A stretch of 63,946 bases of DNA, the filler included, from Octopus bimaculoides (taxonomy: Eukaryota): the NCBI RefSeq assembly GCF_001194135.2. It is 5 parts of 3 records of this genome, joined end to end, with 100 filler letters (N's around TTAATTAATTAA, not from the genome) between each part and the next. Parts side by side here need not be neighbours in the genome. Positions count along the whole stretch, not along the records: positions 1 to 30,487 come from NC_068987.1; 4 more parts are not named here. One strand, 5' to 3'. Of the stretch, positions 11,036 to 23,500 are shown piece by piece (the stretch's first letter is position 1; each line of letters opens with the position of its first letter). Below the pieces are notes generated by a model that ran no database searches, had not been told where the DNA came from, and was given only the letters and a program-made list of their open reading frames with translations. The position numbers were made by a program, and so were the translations under genes.

Positions 11036-12173
11036 CTTCTGTGAAGTGTCTTATATTTCATTTTCTTTATTGAGTCGACGATTTTACTGTGTAATTGACA
11101 ACATAAGAAAGCCATCAGTGTGAAAGAACAAACTAGCGATTTCTTTGTTTACTTTTGGTATAAAGCCCGACATGTTACAGAGTGCAACAGACAAACTTTC
11201 CATATTTTACACGGCCAAGAATGGTGAATTTGTGAGGTTTTTACATACCCTATTTAAATAACAGCCACATCTCCCTCAAATCCCTCACCAAGATATATTA
11301 TGGCAAAAGAGAAAAACGCAATTGAACCATCTATAAACACAGGTCTGCTTAACACATAAAGCGCGACGGGCCACGACCGTGGCCGTTGGGCACAGGTGGG
11401 TAGGCTGCGATCGTGGCCAGACATGCATTTAATTTATGAACGTTTGCTGGGGGGTCTAATGTCACTCAAACGCTCCGATATCCCTCCTGAATGCAAGAGG
11501 ACTTATAGTCCAACTAATGACTTTTCAGATGATGTAAAACTTGCTACCATTATATACTAAAAAGATATTTTAACTATTTTTTTGTTTTTTATGTGTGCAT
11601 GGTAGTCTCATTTTCATAAAATGTGCTCAGCAGTCCATGCTATGTAAGTGCAAATTCCAGCGCTTTATGGGTTACTCAAGGATGACGGGGCTGTGCAGAC
11701 ACAAAACTTGCTTCATATACATATCAGAAGTAGAAAAGGTCCAGTTTATATGTTGTTCTCTAAGAGCTAAAGGAATAAGGTACAAAGGTTATATAACAAT
11801 TTCCTTAGTATTTTGTCAGTTTATGTAGGGTGAAGGAGAAAGGGATGTAGAGGATGTGATTCTTTTATAGAAACAAAGTTTGCCTTGTATCTCGTGGTTT
11901 GCTACGTGGTATTGATGTTTAAAAAAGAAATACACATCATCACTAACTCTCCAACAAATATTGAGCAAATTAGTAACATATCCTCCCACATACAAATGCA
12001 AAACATAAACACTACATACCCAAAATATAAGCTACCCATTTTCCTTACAATAAAAATTAAAAGGTATTTAAATATTGCATAACATAATTTTAAAAATTTA
12101 TTTAGAATATCTAAATACAGAAAGTAATATAGATAATAATAGAGAAATGTATTGTACGAAAATTATGAAACAT

Positions 12174-12900
12174 TTACAGAACTTCAATATATACAATGTT
12201 AACTTTTTTGTACAGAGCATGTATGAAGAGTTTTTGTGGGATTCCTACTCTGGAACAACCTATGTACACTTGACCATGTGAGAAACAGCCCTCTTCAGGA
12301 TGGAAACTGACAACCTGCAGTGTTTGATCTTGGGTCTTGTTAATGGTCAATGTGTAACTGACTCTCACTGGGAATTGCAATCGTTTGAAATGAAAGGGGA
12401 CATCTGTAGGTATTAGCAGTATTCTAGGTATAAATATGAAGTTTCCCTTACCACATCCAGTGAGGAATTTTGCTTTGATAATGTGAGGCTGTAGTTCAGT
12501 CACAACCATACATGTACCATTGCGTAATTTTGGCTGATCCAGGTTTCTGAGAAGCATGATAACTATGCCCTTCTTCAGTTCAAGGTTGTGTGGCAGTATA
12601 CTAGATGATTCCAGACTGTTGAGGAATTCAACAGGATAATGAACAGCATCGTCCTTGTCTACAACTTTGTCAATAGATTTATAGATGTGGCTACCTTCAG
12701 GGATCATTTGTAAGAGATTTTTGTTGATGGCATTTACTGTAATATTTTTGGGAGCTAGAATTGCGCGTTCACACAGCTACCCGTTGTTGAGATGGTGAAT
12801 TTCAAAATTTGGGAACATTTGATGAATGCTTTCCACAATAGTGCAAAATGATGAGGGATCAAAACACCCTTCAGTATCAAGAGATGATTTGCCTTCATCA
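12174..12900 (-). mobile_element. Helitron RepHel fragment: C-terminal PIF1-like helicase
   Basis: ORF 12174-12707: HNLELKKG...MLLRNLDQPKLRNGT...IPRILLIP...FKRLQFPVRVSYTLTINKTQDQTL...FSHGQVYIGCSRVG. A disrupted upstream frame reads LCERAILAPKN. Confidence 0.92.
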
Positions 12901-12925
12901 AGTTTTAGGTTTCGAGCAAACTGTA

Positions 12926-12963
<38 letters not shown>

Positions 12964-13440
12964 TGTCTTCTGTCTCTTCCCCGCTCTGTCTCACTTGTTT
13001 TTTCTCCCTAACTCCCTTTCTATCTGTCTCGCATATTTTTTCTCAAGAGAGAAAAAGAGTTTAGAGGTAGTGTGAGAGAGAGAGAAACAGAAATAGCGAG
13101 AGGGATATATCAGACAGAGAGAAAGCAGAGGTCTGGCAGCAACTTCAAAGGAATAAATGTAATGTAAAAACTTAGACAAAGTTGGAGGTGGATTGAGTGA
13201 CAGGTGGAGTATTTTTTCACTCTGTAAAAAGCATTATGGTGAAATAGTATGTAGATTGCTAAAAATAGCCACCAACTCACTACCACCCCCATTCCGTTTT
13301 CAGAAAAGAAGTGCACAGTTATCTGCAGAACGGTAAAATTAATTTAAATGATATGGAAAACCTGAAATATTATCAATTTTATTTAGTGTTTTCATTGGTC
13401 AACATACAAACAAACAAACTCTGCTTTTTATTAGGATATA

Positions 13441-13750
13441 CAGTAATCCCTTGACTATTGTGGGTGTTATGTTCCAAAACCTTCCACGATAGGTGAAAAT
13501 CTGCAAAGCAGAAACAGTACTGTACTGTATATATTTCTTATCATTTTTATAATTTATATATATTCATTTTATTATAAATGCTAAACAATACCACACACCC
13601 CAGAGTTTTGTTTTCTTTACAGTATGTACGATTCTTTATTTACTCATCTACGGTACACTACGTATTTCCTTTTAATATATTTTAATTGTGTTATACAGTG
13701 CAGTGCTACTTCTAAGTTATGTGTTGTACGTGCAGCTTCCCATTTTTTTC
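13441..13750. mobile_element. One end of a Tigger/pogo-like element
   Basis: TA|CAGTAATCCCTTGACTATTGTGGGTGTTATGTTCCAAAAC matches the terminal repeat of the complete MITE at 58892-59114. Confidence 0.8.
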
Positions 13751-13831
13751 TTGTTTTCCTCTTTTTTTTTTTTGTTATAAACAATACATGAGCATGTTAT
13801 TAAGAATGAACCTACATGCATCCAGATGTAG

Positions 13832-14793
13832 CTAAATGATATATTGATTACCAACCTCCAGCCTGTTGTTAATTTGGGGTCCTAGTCTGTGTATGAGTAT
13901 AGCTTCCTTAATTCTTAAATTACCCAAATTTCTTTCATTGGCTTCAATTGTGACTGTTATGCTTTTTTCAGTGTTCTGGCATCTGTCTAGATGTTTTCTG
14001 AAGGAATAGGCTCTCGTGTTCAGATGTTCTTTGATGCGGACATGTAACGGTCTTGTTGTGCTACCCACATAGAACTTGTTGCATTTGTTACATTGTATTC
14101 TATACACAACATTTACCTGTTAGCATAAATCTGTGTCATGGATGGGACAATTTGTTAATGTGCATTGATAGTTGACCCTTGTTCATTTCTTTGCGAGGTG
14201 TCCTCTCAGAGAGGGGCTGGAGTGGGCTAGTTGTATGTCTAGCCCTTCTCTTCTTATGGCTCTTCGGATGGCTGTAGTTATCCTCTCGCTAAAATGGGGT
14301 ATTTTAAGGAAGCATGTGTTGCTGGGTTTTCTATGTGTTCAGCGTGTTGGTCGTCTTGGGTACTTAAGCTGATTTACAATGGATCTAAGATACCCGTTGG
14401 TTTTCAATATATCTAGGAAGCATGTTGTGTGGGTCACCTTGTCCTCCGTTCTGCTGCACTTGCCTTGGATGTGTGCAAATTCATTTCTGGCGTATCCTAT
14501 TTTGGCACCGAGTGGAAGTGCTGAATTGTATTGGACAAACATATCTCTACTGGCTGCTTTCCTGTAGAACTCGGTGTGGATCTCTCCTTCTTCCGTTATA
14601 TTCAGTTTGAAGTCAAGTAATGATAGTGATCCAATGATGTCGGGATGTTCTATAGTGAACTTTATGTTCATGTCCATGTTATTGAACGTCATGAATATTC
14701 TCTCAGCCTCTTCACAGGAGGTTGTGAATATGAGGATGTCATCTACATACCTGGTGAAGAAGGCGCATGTGCAGTAGATGTTGAGTGCTCTTT
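13832..14793 (-). pseudogene. 5'-truncated Penelope-like element: RT palm/thumb, Cys-rich linker and GIY-YIG endonuclease, with three in-frame stops
   Basis: One frame reads FTRYVDDILI...IKFTIEHP...FYRKAASRD...NGY...CTLTNCPIHDTDLC*QVNVVYRIQCNKCNKFYVGSTTRPLHVRIKEH...LRIKEAILI...INNRLE. Stops at 14341-14339 (TGA), 14185-14183 (TGA) and 14122-14120 (TAA). Confidence 0.9.
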
Positions 14794-15468
14794 TCTTTGT
14801 CTTTGGCTCAAAGTGATGAACCCAACACTCATCCTGGATTAGGAAATGTTCGAGGAACCCAGCTGGATCTGCCTCAAACAGTTTCAGATTTTCCTGTGAT
14901 GTGATCAGCTTGATGCGCTTTTGATCAGGTGTCAGAAGACATGGCACTGACCAAACATTCCAAGTTCATTGTGCAGAATATTGTCAACTCTCATGGAATA
15001 TGCTAATAGCATTGGTTATTTGATTTGTAGTTGTCTGATATCCATCACCAAATGGTAAACATGGTCAATGTTCTTCTTGGTGGTAGCAGTTGCTAGACAG
15101 CCACATGTTGGGTCATCTTCAAGACATTCCATTCCCCTCCTAAATTCACCTGCTCACTTTTGCCCTGTTGATAAAGCTGGAGCATCATCTTCTAATGTAG
15201 CGACCATGTCAGCATGAATGCACTTGGGGGCTAAATACTTTTTTCTGCTGGTACTTGATAACACCATGATGCCAAATTTTGTTCAGCTTCAAGAGAAGTT
15301 GTGATTAGTTAATTTTGAAGTCCTCTTTGAACAGTCAGATGTCAGTTTCCCTGGGAAGAAACAATGCAGTTATTAATAAGGAGATTTGAAATTATTGTGT
15401 GCAAGCTTTCACAGCTCTAACATGACTCCTTCATAGTTAGAATATGAACTTTTTTCAGCCCATCCTTG
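14794..15468 (-). mobile_element. Mariner element, 5' half (TIR, degenerate HTH, start of the catalytic domain)
   Basis: TA|CAAGGATGGGCTGAAAAAAGTTCAT terminal repeat at 15468. A frameshifted KIWHHGVIKY...WAGEFRRG...LEDDP leads to LLTPDQKR...IQDECWVHHFEPKTK, the first catalytic D. Confidence 0.88.
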
Positions 15469-15954
15469 TACTGAAGCTGGTTAAATTGACTTACACCTCT
15501 GCCCTCAAATGTCTGACTTTGTGACCTATGAGGATATATGTTTATCTGTACTCCAGCAATTTGCTCTCCAGGTCATTTTGTATCAACTTAGCCTTTCGAA
15601 AGCAATGTTCTGGTTGTTTTTTAAAAGCTGTTCTGCTCAAATATATGTAGTTTCAATTTAACACTTAAGTTAGCATATTTCTGCTGAAATATACTTCATT
15701 TGAAAATGAGAAAGAATTTAGTTAAGTAACTCTAATTATTCAACTGATGTTTGGAACAGAAGTTGACATGGAATGTTGATGGAAAGTTTTAATTTAGATC
15801 ACTTTAAAACAAGGAGTTTACATCATAGGACCAGCAGCAGTCTCAGGCTGATTGGTATCAAAAGGGTTAAATGAAATATTTTAATTAAAGATGATTGCAT
15901 ACAAAGAAGATAATTCTATAGTGAGAAATAACCACTTATCTTTTACTTGTTTCA

Positions 15955-16300
15955 GTCCTTAGACTATGGTCATACAGGGGCATCACCTTGGATAATTTTA
16001 GTTGAATGAATTGACCCCAGCACTTATATTTTTTTAAGCCTGCTACTTATTCTGTTGGTCTCTTTTGCCGAACCACTAAGTTACAGGAATGTAAATACAC
16101 ATCGATTATCAAATGGTGGTGGGGGACACACACACACACACACACACATGACAGGCTTCTTTCAGTTTCCATCTACCAAATACACTCACAAGATTCCAGA
16201 CAGCCCAAGGCTATAATAGAAGACCATGGTGCTATGCAGTGGGACTGAACCCAGAGCCATGAGGTTGGGAAGCAATCTTCTTACCACACAACCATGTCTT
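15955..16300 (-). mobile_element. SINE family A, diverged copy ending ~100 bp upstream of WIPI2 exon 2
   Basis: CTTGTTTCAGTC...CTCTTTTGCCGAACCACTAAGTTAC...TTCTTTCAGTTTCCATCTACCAAA...GGGACTGAACCC...CTTACCACACAACCA. Confidence 0.85.
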
Positions 16301-16407
16301 TGGTACAATATCCCTACCTTTAAATATTTTTAACATTAAATATAATAGAAAATATATTGCAAAACTCGCTAACTTTATCTAAATCACTAAATGTCTTTGT
16401 ATTTCAG

Positions 16408-16490
16408 GTCACTCGCTATTGGGACAAAAACAGGGTACAGACTTTTCTCATTAGCCCAGATTGACCGCTTGGATCAAATCTATGAACATG
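16408..16490 (+). CDS. WIPI2: WIPI2/ATG18-family PROPPIN, coding exon 2 (SLAIGTKTGYRLFSLAQIDRLDQIYEH, 83 nt, phase 2 to phase 1)
   Basis: Acceptor TTTGTATTTCAG|G and donor ATG|GTAAGC. The peptide matches WIPI2 [27 protein letters not shown]. It splices in frame to exon 1 (TC+G = Ser). Confidence 0.93.
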
Positions 16491-17204
16491 GTAAGCTATT
16501 TTATATTTATTTATATTTTTATCTCTTTTTATTTTTTATATATACTAACCTGGATAAAATGTTACCAGCTTATACAAAATTCCATTACAGTTTCACATAC
16601 ATTAACATTTTGTGTCTCAAACATAATAACTTCATTATGTCTATAAACATCTTTATATGCATTGGCATACATAATTCATCTGATTTAACACTTCCATGTA
16701 GGGTCTTGGGACATTTAGTTGAGTCCTTACTGTTGCAAGCATTTAGACCAAGTTTCTAATATGCAGATAACTCCCTTGCATCAGTTATAGCAGCCCAGAA
16801 AATGATCATTTGATAAGTAAGCCATTAAAAATGTGTGTGTGTGTGTGTGTGTGACAAATGTATGCATGTACACACACATATACATGCATAGTGTATTTTG
16901 TGTGTACAAATAGATGTACAACTGTTATTGTTAAGCTTAGAGCTACACAAAGATATTATCATTGTCCAGTCTGCTTCCAGTCTAGTGGTTAAGCAACTGC
17001 TACACTTAGTAGTTAGTATTACTAGTTATGAAACACAGAGCAAATGTTGCTCTTTATTGTAATATGTTAGCATAATGCAGTAAAGTGCTCCCTAATGATT
17101 TGTTCAAGTTAAACATTCCATGTATGCTTGGTACATCCACAATGCTGAAACATACATAGATATATAGGAATTAATAATATAAACTTATGTTTATCATAAA
17201 TTTT

Positions 17205-17245
<41 letters not shown>

Positions 17246-17249
17246 CACT

Positions 17250-17465
17250 TCTTTCAGTTATTAGACTGTTGCCATGCTGAGTACCACCTTGAAGAAGCTC
17301 AGTCAGACAAATCACTCTTGTACATATAAATTTTTAAAGCCTGGTACTTATTGTATCAGTGTCTTTTGCCAAGCTGCTAAGTTAACAGGGATGTAAACAC
17401 ACCAGCACCAGCTGTCAAGTGGAAGTGGGTGGGATGGGAAGACAAACACATGCACGAAGACACAC
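17250..17465 (-). mobile_element. SINE family A, 3' part
   Basis: TTTCAGTTATTAGACTGTTGCCATGCTGAGTACCACC...CTGGTACTTATTGTATC...TTTTGCCAAGCTGCTAAG. Confidence 0.75.
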
Positions 17466-18215
17466 ATTTTGTCAATCTATTTGGTATATACAATGTGGTG
17501 GCAGCGGCTACTGTTTTCATTTTCCATCATAGAAACATTGCTAAAGAGGCCTTGTACATTCATTGTAGAATTGTTGCCAATTTTTTCAGTCTGTAAATTC
17601 ATTCAGTATGCATATTGCATCACACATACACACAATTCTATCTATTTAATGAGTCTATATATTGACCCTCACCTATGAAGAAGACCTTAAGATGTAAATA
17701 GAACTGCAAGTGCTTGTTTAAGATAGCAAAGAAGAGATTCTTGCACAACCAGTTTTACATACAGATGTCTTATCTAATAGCCTAACTTATACTTTAGAAA
17801 TTTCAGAAAACAAATCTAAATTTAGAATGATGCATTAACATTATAAAACAAGTAATGGTAACGCAGAATTTTTATAGAGAAGAATTACAAGCCTCTAAGA
17901 AGAAGGCAAAGTGATAATGATATATATTTGTTACATCATTTTAACAACCACTTTTCCATGCTAGCATGCGTCAGAGTTTATTGAGGCAGATTTTCTATGG
18001 CCTGGTACCTTTTCTGTTGCCAATCCTCATCTGTTCACTAGCAGTGTGATATTTTCCCAAGGCCAGAGATGTTTTTGCGGAATATTGGAAATGAACAGCA
18101 CTCAATTACAACTATCATGTAATGTATTTCCTTGTTAAGACAAGGAAATATAGCTCTCTCTCTCTCTCCCCCCATCTATTTCTCTCTCTCTCTCTCTCTC
18201 TCTCTCACACGCATG

Positions 18216-18250
<35 letters not shown>

Positions 18251-19388
18251 ACGCATCATCCTTATCATTTAACATTTATTTTCCATACTGGTATGGGTTG
18301 GATGATTTGACAGGATCCAGTGAGCCACAGGGCTGCATCGTGCTTCATGTCAGCTTTTCTATAGCTGAATGCCCTTCCCAATGCCAACCACTTCACAATG
18401 TGTAGTTGGTGCTTTTTTCTTGCTACCAGCTCCAGTGGGATTGCCAAGTAACTTGCAAGATGGGAAAGAACAAGAAAAGAGAAAAGCTTCCTTGACTAAG
18501 TGTGGGGGTATTTAAGAGGGCAGAGAGGAGAATTTATATCAGGAACAAGCAGAGGTGTTTTGCTATAGAGAAGAGACATGGCTACCCTGAAATTACATAA
18601 GGGCAAGTGGAAGTAATACTTATTTATTCACATTGTTTTGAATTAACTGTGCGTTATCTTGTAGCATCAAGTTTTCGATGATGTAATTCTTTATATTTAG
18701 AATGACATTGTTAGATAGGTGTAAGAGGCCAGATCTGGTTGGTTTGAACATAAAACAGATAGAATATTTGAGCCTGACATGGCTGGTTTAAATACTAAAG
18801 GATTAATGCTGACTTGGGTTGGATGGCTTGACAGGATCTAACAATCCAGAGCACTGCATTAAGCTCCAAAGTCTGATTTGGTATAGTTTCTACAACTGGA
18901 TGCCCAACGTAACACCAACCACTTTACTGTGTGTGTGTGTGCCTGCGTGTGTGTGATTTCATTATAGCAAAGAATTTTGTGTAAGTGCTTAAGTATGCTT
19001 ACACAAAACTCTTTGGCCTTTGAGTTAATTATGTAGTTTCTTAGTTTTTATAAAATAACAAGGAAACTTTTCTATGCATCAAGTTATATTTCTCTTGTTT
19101 GTATAAACATACAGGGCATATTTATCTATCTAACTAGACTCATACACATGCATACGTAACTACATTATAACACACACACACACAGACAGAAATGAATTAA
19201 TGCATATTCATATGCATGGAAACATGACACTTGAAGACAACTGGTTATTTTAGTCATATAAAAGGTTATACAAAACTGAAATACAAAAGTTAATATATAT
19301 GTCAATGTTTTCCTATTATTCTTGTTGAAATGCATCTAAAGCTATTTAAACAGCCATAATACTAATATTTAGCCAGAAGTGCAGGCAG

Positions 19389-19428
<40 letters not shown>

Positions 19429-20574
19429 TTCTCTTTTAGTTGTATTGCTTCCTTTAACTGTTATATATTGTATGTATGCTCTCTCTATTCACTTTGCAAA
19501 CGAATGATGTCTTTGCTTCCCCTTCTGTTTCTCTCACTCTCTCCACCACACGAGAATTCTTTTAGGTAGTAATCATCTATATTCAACTCTAGCAATTTGT
19601 GAATGAGGCATATTATTCAGTTTTCAAGAAAGCCACACTGAGCTAATGTACTAAGTTGAAACTTAAAGAATTGTTTATTACCTCTATTACTTTTATTCTG
19701 CATGGGGAGCTCCACATTCTACAGTGAAGGATATGTGTTTAGGAATTCAGTATCTCGAAATAAAGCTGATGCAGTGCAGAGGGGAGAGTTAATCCAAACA
19801 AACAACTTCTCTAGTGTGGTTGGCTTGATAAAATACACTCAGTATATGCTGCTAAGTAGTTGGTGATAGAAAAGCCAAGCAGTTGTAAAAATAAAGAAAT
19901 ACACCAAAAACATGTCAATTACATTAAAAATACAATGAAAACCTTAATTGCATATGTAGGACTAACACTTTGCATTTTAATGCTGTGCAGATAACAGGGT
20001 GATCAGGTAGGAACATCTAGTTATGTGTGACAACCTTCAACCATATTCAAATGATTGCACCATCTTCTTTTCAAATGCATAACATAGATATCAAACATCC
20101 CTCCCACTATAAGTTGAAAGATCTTTTAGCTAGATCTAGGTTCAAACAAGTGCTAGGGGAAGAATATGTTGAAAAAGACGAGGATATATAAACTTGTAAT
20201 ATAGAAAACAACTGGGAGTTTCTATGAAATGATCTGCTCTGAGCTGTAGGTTAGTCTGTGGATGGAGCAATGTTCCAGCTAGATAGAATTTGGTGTGGTG
20301 GAATGGTATGGTAGATGGAACCATAAAAGCTAAGAGTCAAGCCTGGAAAGATTGGAGTAAATGGGGAGCAATGTGTAATGTTAATGTGCATGTATGACAG
20401 CAAAAATGAGCTGACAGAAAGAGTGCAGCAAAGGCAATCAATTGTAGTGTGCAAGAGAGAGAAGACTGATATAGATAAAGAAGTAACTGGTGGTCTAAGA
20501 GAAAGGAATCAAGCCATACAGTAATTGCAAAAGATATGTAAAATAATGATCACATACATGCATTTATATATATA

Positions 20575-23500
20575 TGTCAGTTTAGGTATGGTTGCATAAC
20601 TATGAAGTTTGCTTCTCAATGACATAGTTTCAGGTTCAGTCCCATTACATGGCACCTTAGGCAGGTGCCTTCTACTAATATCCTGGGCTAACCAAAGCTT
20701 TGTAAGTAGTTTTAGTAGACAAAATTACAAAGAAACCTGAAAAATGTGTGTGTGTGTGTGCACTAATGTATCTTTGTCTTGATGTTGCATGATAGTTGTA
20801 AATGAGTCACTGTCATACAAGCAGTGTCGTTTGTTTCCAGTCTCCCATGCAAACACATCTGGCCATTGGGAAATAGATGAGGGTTGGGACAGGAAGGGAA
20901 TCTGACTGTAGAAAAGTTGCCTCAATGAAATTCTGTCCAACTCATAGAAAAATGGATATTGAAATAATGATGCTGATGATGTGTGTATACATATGTATGT
21001 ATGTGTGTGTGTGTGTGTGTAACATTTCATAATTGAAATTGTATCACTTGTACACTATGGACTTCATTGTCATTTATATATTAATCACAATATAAATAAA
21101 TAATAACCACCCTCTCTCTCTCATTGATTTCTTCTAACACCTCTTTTCTCTTCTCTCTCCAATCCTATCTCATGTATAAGAGGCAAATTAAAAAAAAGCA
21201 TTGCTCTATCAAAGATAATGTTTTTGTTGTTTCATTATATGATGGCTTTAGAGGAATGTGAATGTATGTTTATGTGTACTATAAAATTACAACTATTTAT
21301 GCCACACATTGTGATGAAACCAGTTGTTTGACCTCTCTTGATCAAATGTGTCCATCAATGGTTATTCAATTGTGTATTTCTCATGGGGAAATGGGGATTT
21401 CTTTGATGTTTATATTCTTAGCCAGAGCCAGGATTTGACACTGGATCACAGGCTTTAACAGATGAAGCTTTAACATTTTTGCTACAGAACTTGTTTGCCC
21501 CAGCATGGTCACAATCTCATGACTTGAAACAAATATAAAATAAAGATATATCATCATCATCATCATTGTTTAACATCTGCCTTCCATGCTGGCATGGGTG
21601 GGACTATTTATAGTCAAACAAATTGATTCCAGTACTTATTTATTTTTTAAAGCCTGGTACTTATTCTCTTGATTTTTAATGACAAACACATAAGTTACAG
21701 GAATGTAAAGAAACCAACACTGGTTGTCAAGTAGTGGTGAGGGGGAGACAGACACACATGCAAGTATATACAATGGGCTCCTTTCAGCTTTTGTCTACAA
21801 AATGCACTTAGAAGGTCCAGGTTGGCCTGAGGCTATAGTAGAAAATACTTGCCCAAGTACCATGCACTGGTACTGAACCAGGAACCATGTAGATGCTCAA
21901 CTTAAGGATAGAAGGGAGTAGAATTTAACATGTTTTGGTGACTAAGAATTTGCAACCTCACTGAACAAAGCTGAGTTTTACTTCAAAAGACAAAGATCAG
22001 ATGCTTTACTTCTGGTTCTTCTGCATAATGCAGATATGTATATCTTCCTGAGTACCTATTTCCAGCACTAGTCAGGCCAGGTATGTTGCATATGTATCTG
22101 ATACCACCTGAAGTATATCTTCTATAGGGATGTAGCAATTGTATTTGGCAGATGATAGTATCCAATGTTTCACTACAAAACTGACTAAAGAATGTGCCTT
22201 TTATAAGCTGATCAAAGGGATTGTTGTAACTAAGATAAGGAAAACTTGGAAAACAGTTATGAGTTAATGGTTAAAAAATTAGCTTCATAACCACATTGTT
22301 CCAGGTTCAATCCCACTATGTAGGATTTGGGGGAAAAGTTATTTTTGTGTAACCTTGGGTCAACCCACACCTTGTGAGTGAAATTAAGTAGATGGAAACT
22401 ATACAGAAGCCGATCAGGTGGATTGCACCTATAACTCAAAAGTACAGCATTGTTAAACACTTGTATCAAGCTGATTTTGTCTGAGAATTATGTTAAGGGC
22501 ACACATGTCTCTGGAATGCTCAATTACTCATTAATTCAGGAGCAGGTAATTCAGCAAATGGACTGTTAGAACTAAAAAGAGGAAAACTTAGAAAAATGAT
22601 CTGCTAATGGTTAAGAAGTTTGCTTCACAAATTCATTGGATCTCATTGCATGGCATCTTGGACAAGTGTTTTCTGGAACCTTGGATTTACTCACACCTTG
22701 TGAGTGAAATTGAGTGAACAAAAACTGTACAAAAGCCTGTCAAAGTGGATTGTATGTGTAATTCAAAGCTACATTCTTATCACCCATTGTATCACATTGA
22801 TTCTGCCTTAGAATTACACTAACCCTTTATTACCATATTTCTGTTAAAATGCTCTGCCTTTGTTTCACTTAATTTGGAAAATAATGAATTCAGTAAAATT
22901 ACCATATTTTCTGACATACAAATCAATGTAGTATATAATGTAAACACACAAACATTGTCACTATCTTTCCAAATCCTGCTGCATTTCACATAGAATTTTC
23001 AGTCCTCCCAAATCATTTTGGTGTATAAAGTTGACCTACATTTTTTTTGGCTGGAAATTTTGATCTGAAAAATTTAACTCGTATGCCAAAAAATACAATA
23101 GTCATTTTTAAGCTGGTGTTTGAGATAGAAATTAACATGAAATTTTTATGGGATGTTTAATTTAACCCAGTCATATCCAGCTCAAATATTCTACTTGTTA
23201 TATGTTCAAACTAACCAGATGCAACTAATCACACCTACTCTACAATGTCATTTGAAAAATAAACAATCATATCATTAATATGTCAAAGCTGTAAGACAAT
23301 GCATGATTAATTCAAAACATTGTGAGTCAATAAGCATTACATTCAACAGAGTAATCTGAATGCTAAAGGGTTAAATCACTTGAAAACAGAAAGTCTTTTT
23401 TTTTTCACATATCCAGGAGCAATCTTGGATGGATTGGTATCAAGTGTTAAGTTGTACATGTATGCAGAATGCTCAGCCAACTGCATGGTAATTCAGTTGA

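Noticed and set aside
14120-14341. In-frame TGA codons in the Penelope-like ORF as possible selenocysteine, which is reported for some Naiad PLEs
   Set aside because: Both TGAs lie in Arg/Lys-rich linker context, consistent with CGA>TGA or AGA>TGA decay. An in-frame TAA is also present, and I saw no SECIS.
16391-16759. ORF-track 122-aa protein MSLYFRSLAIG...
   Set aside because: Only 16408-16490 is exonic; the rest is intron read-through.
17530-17600. CTFIVELLPIFS as a possible WIPI2 exon 3
   Set aside because: Lacks RLFSSS and CHFKKG; chance resemblance.
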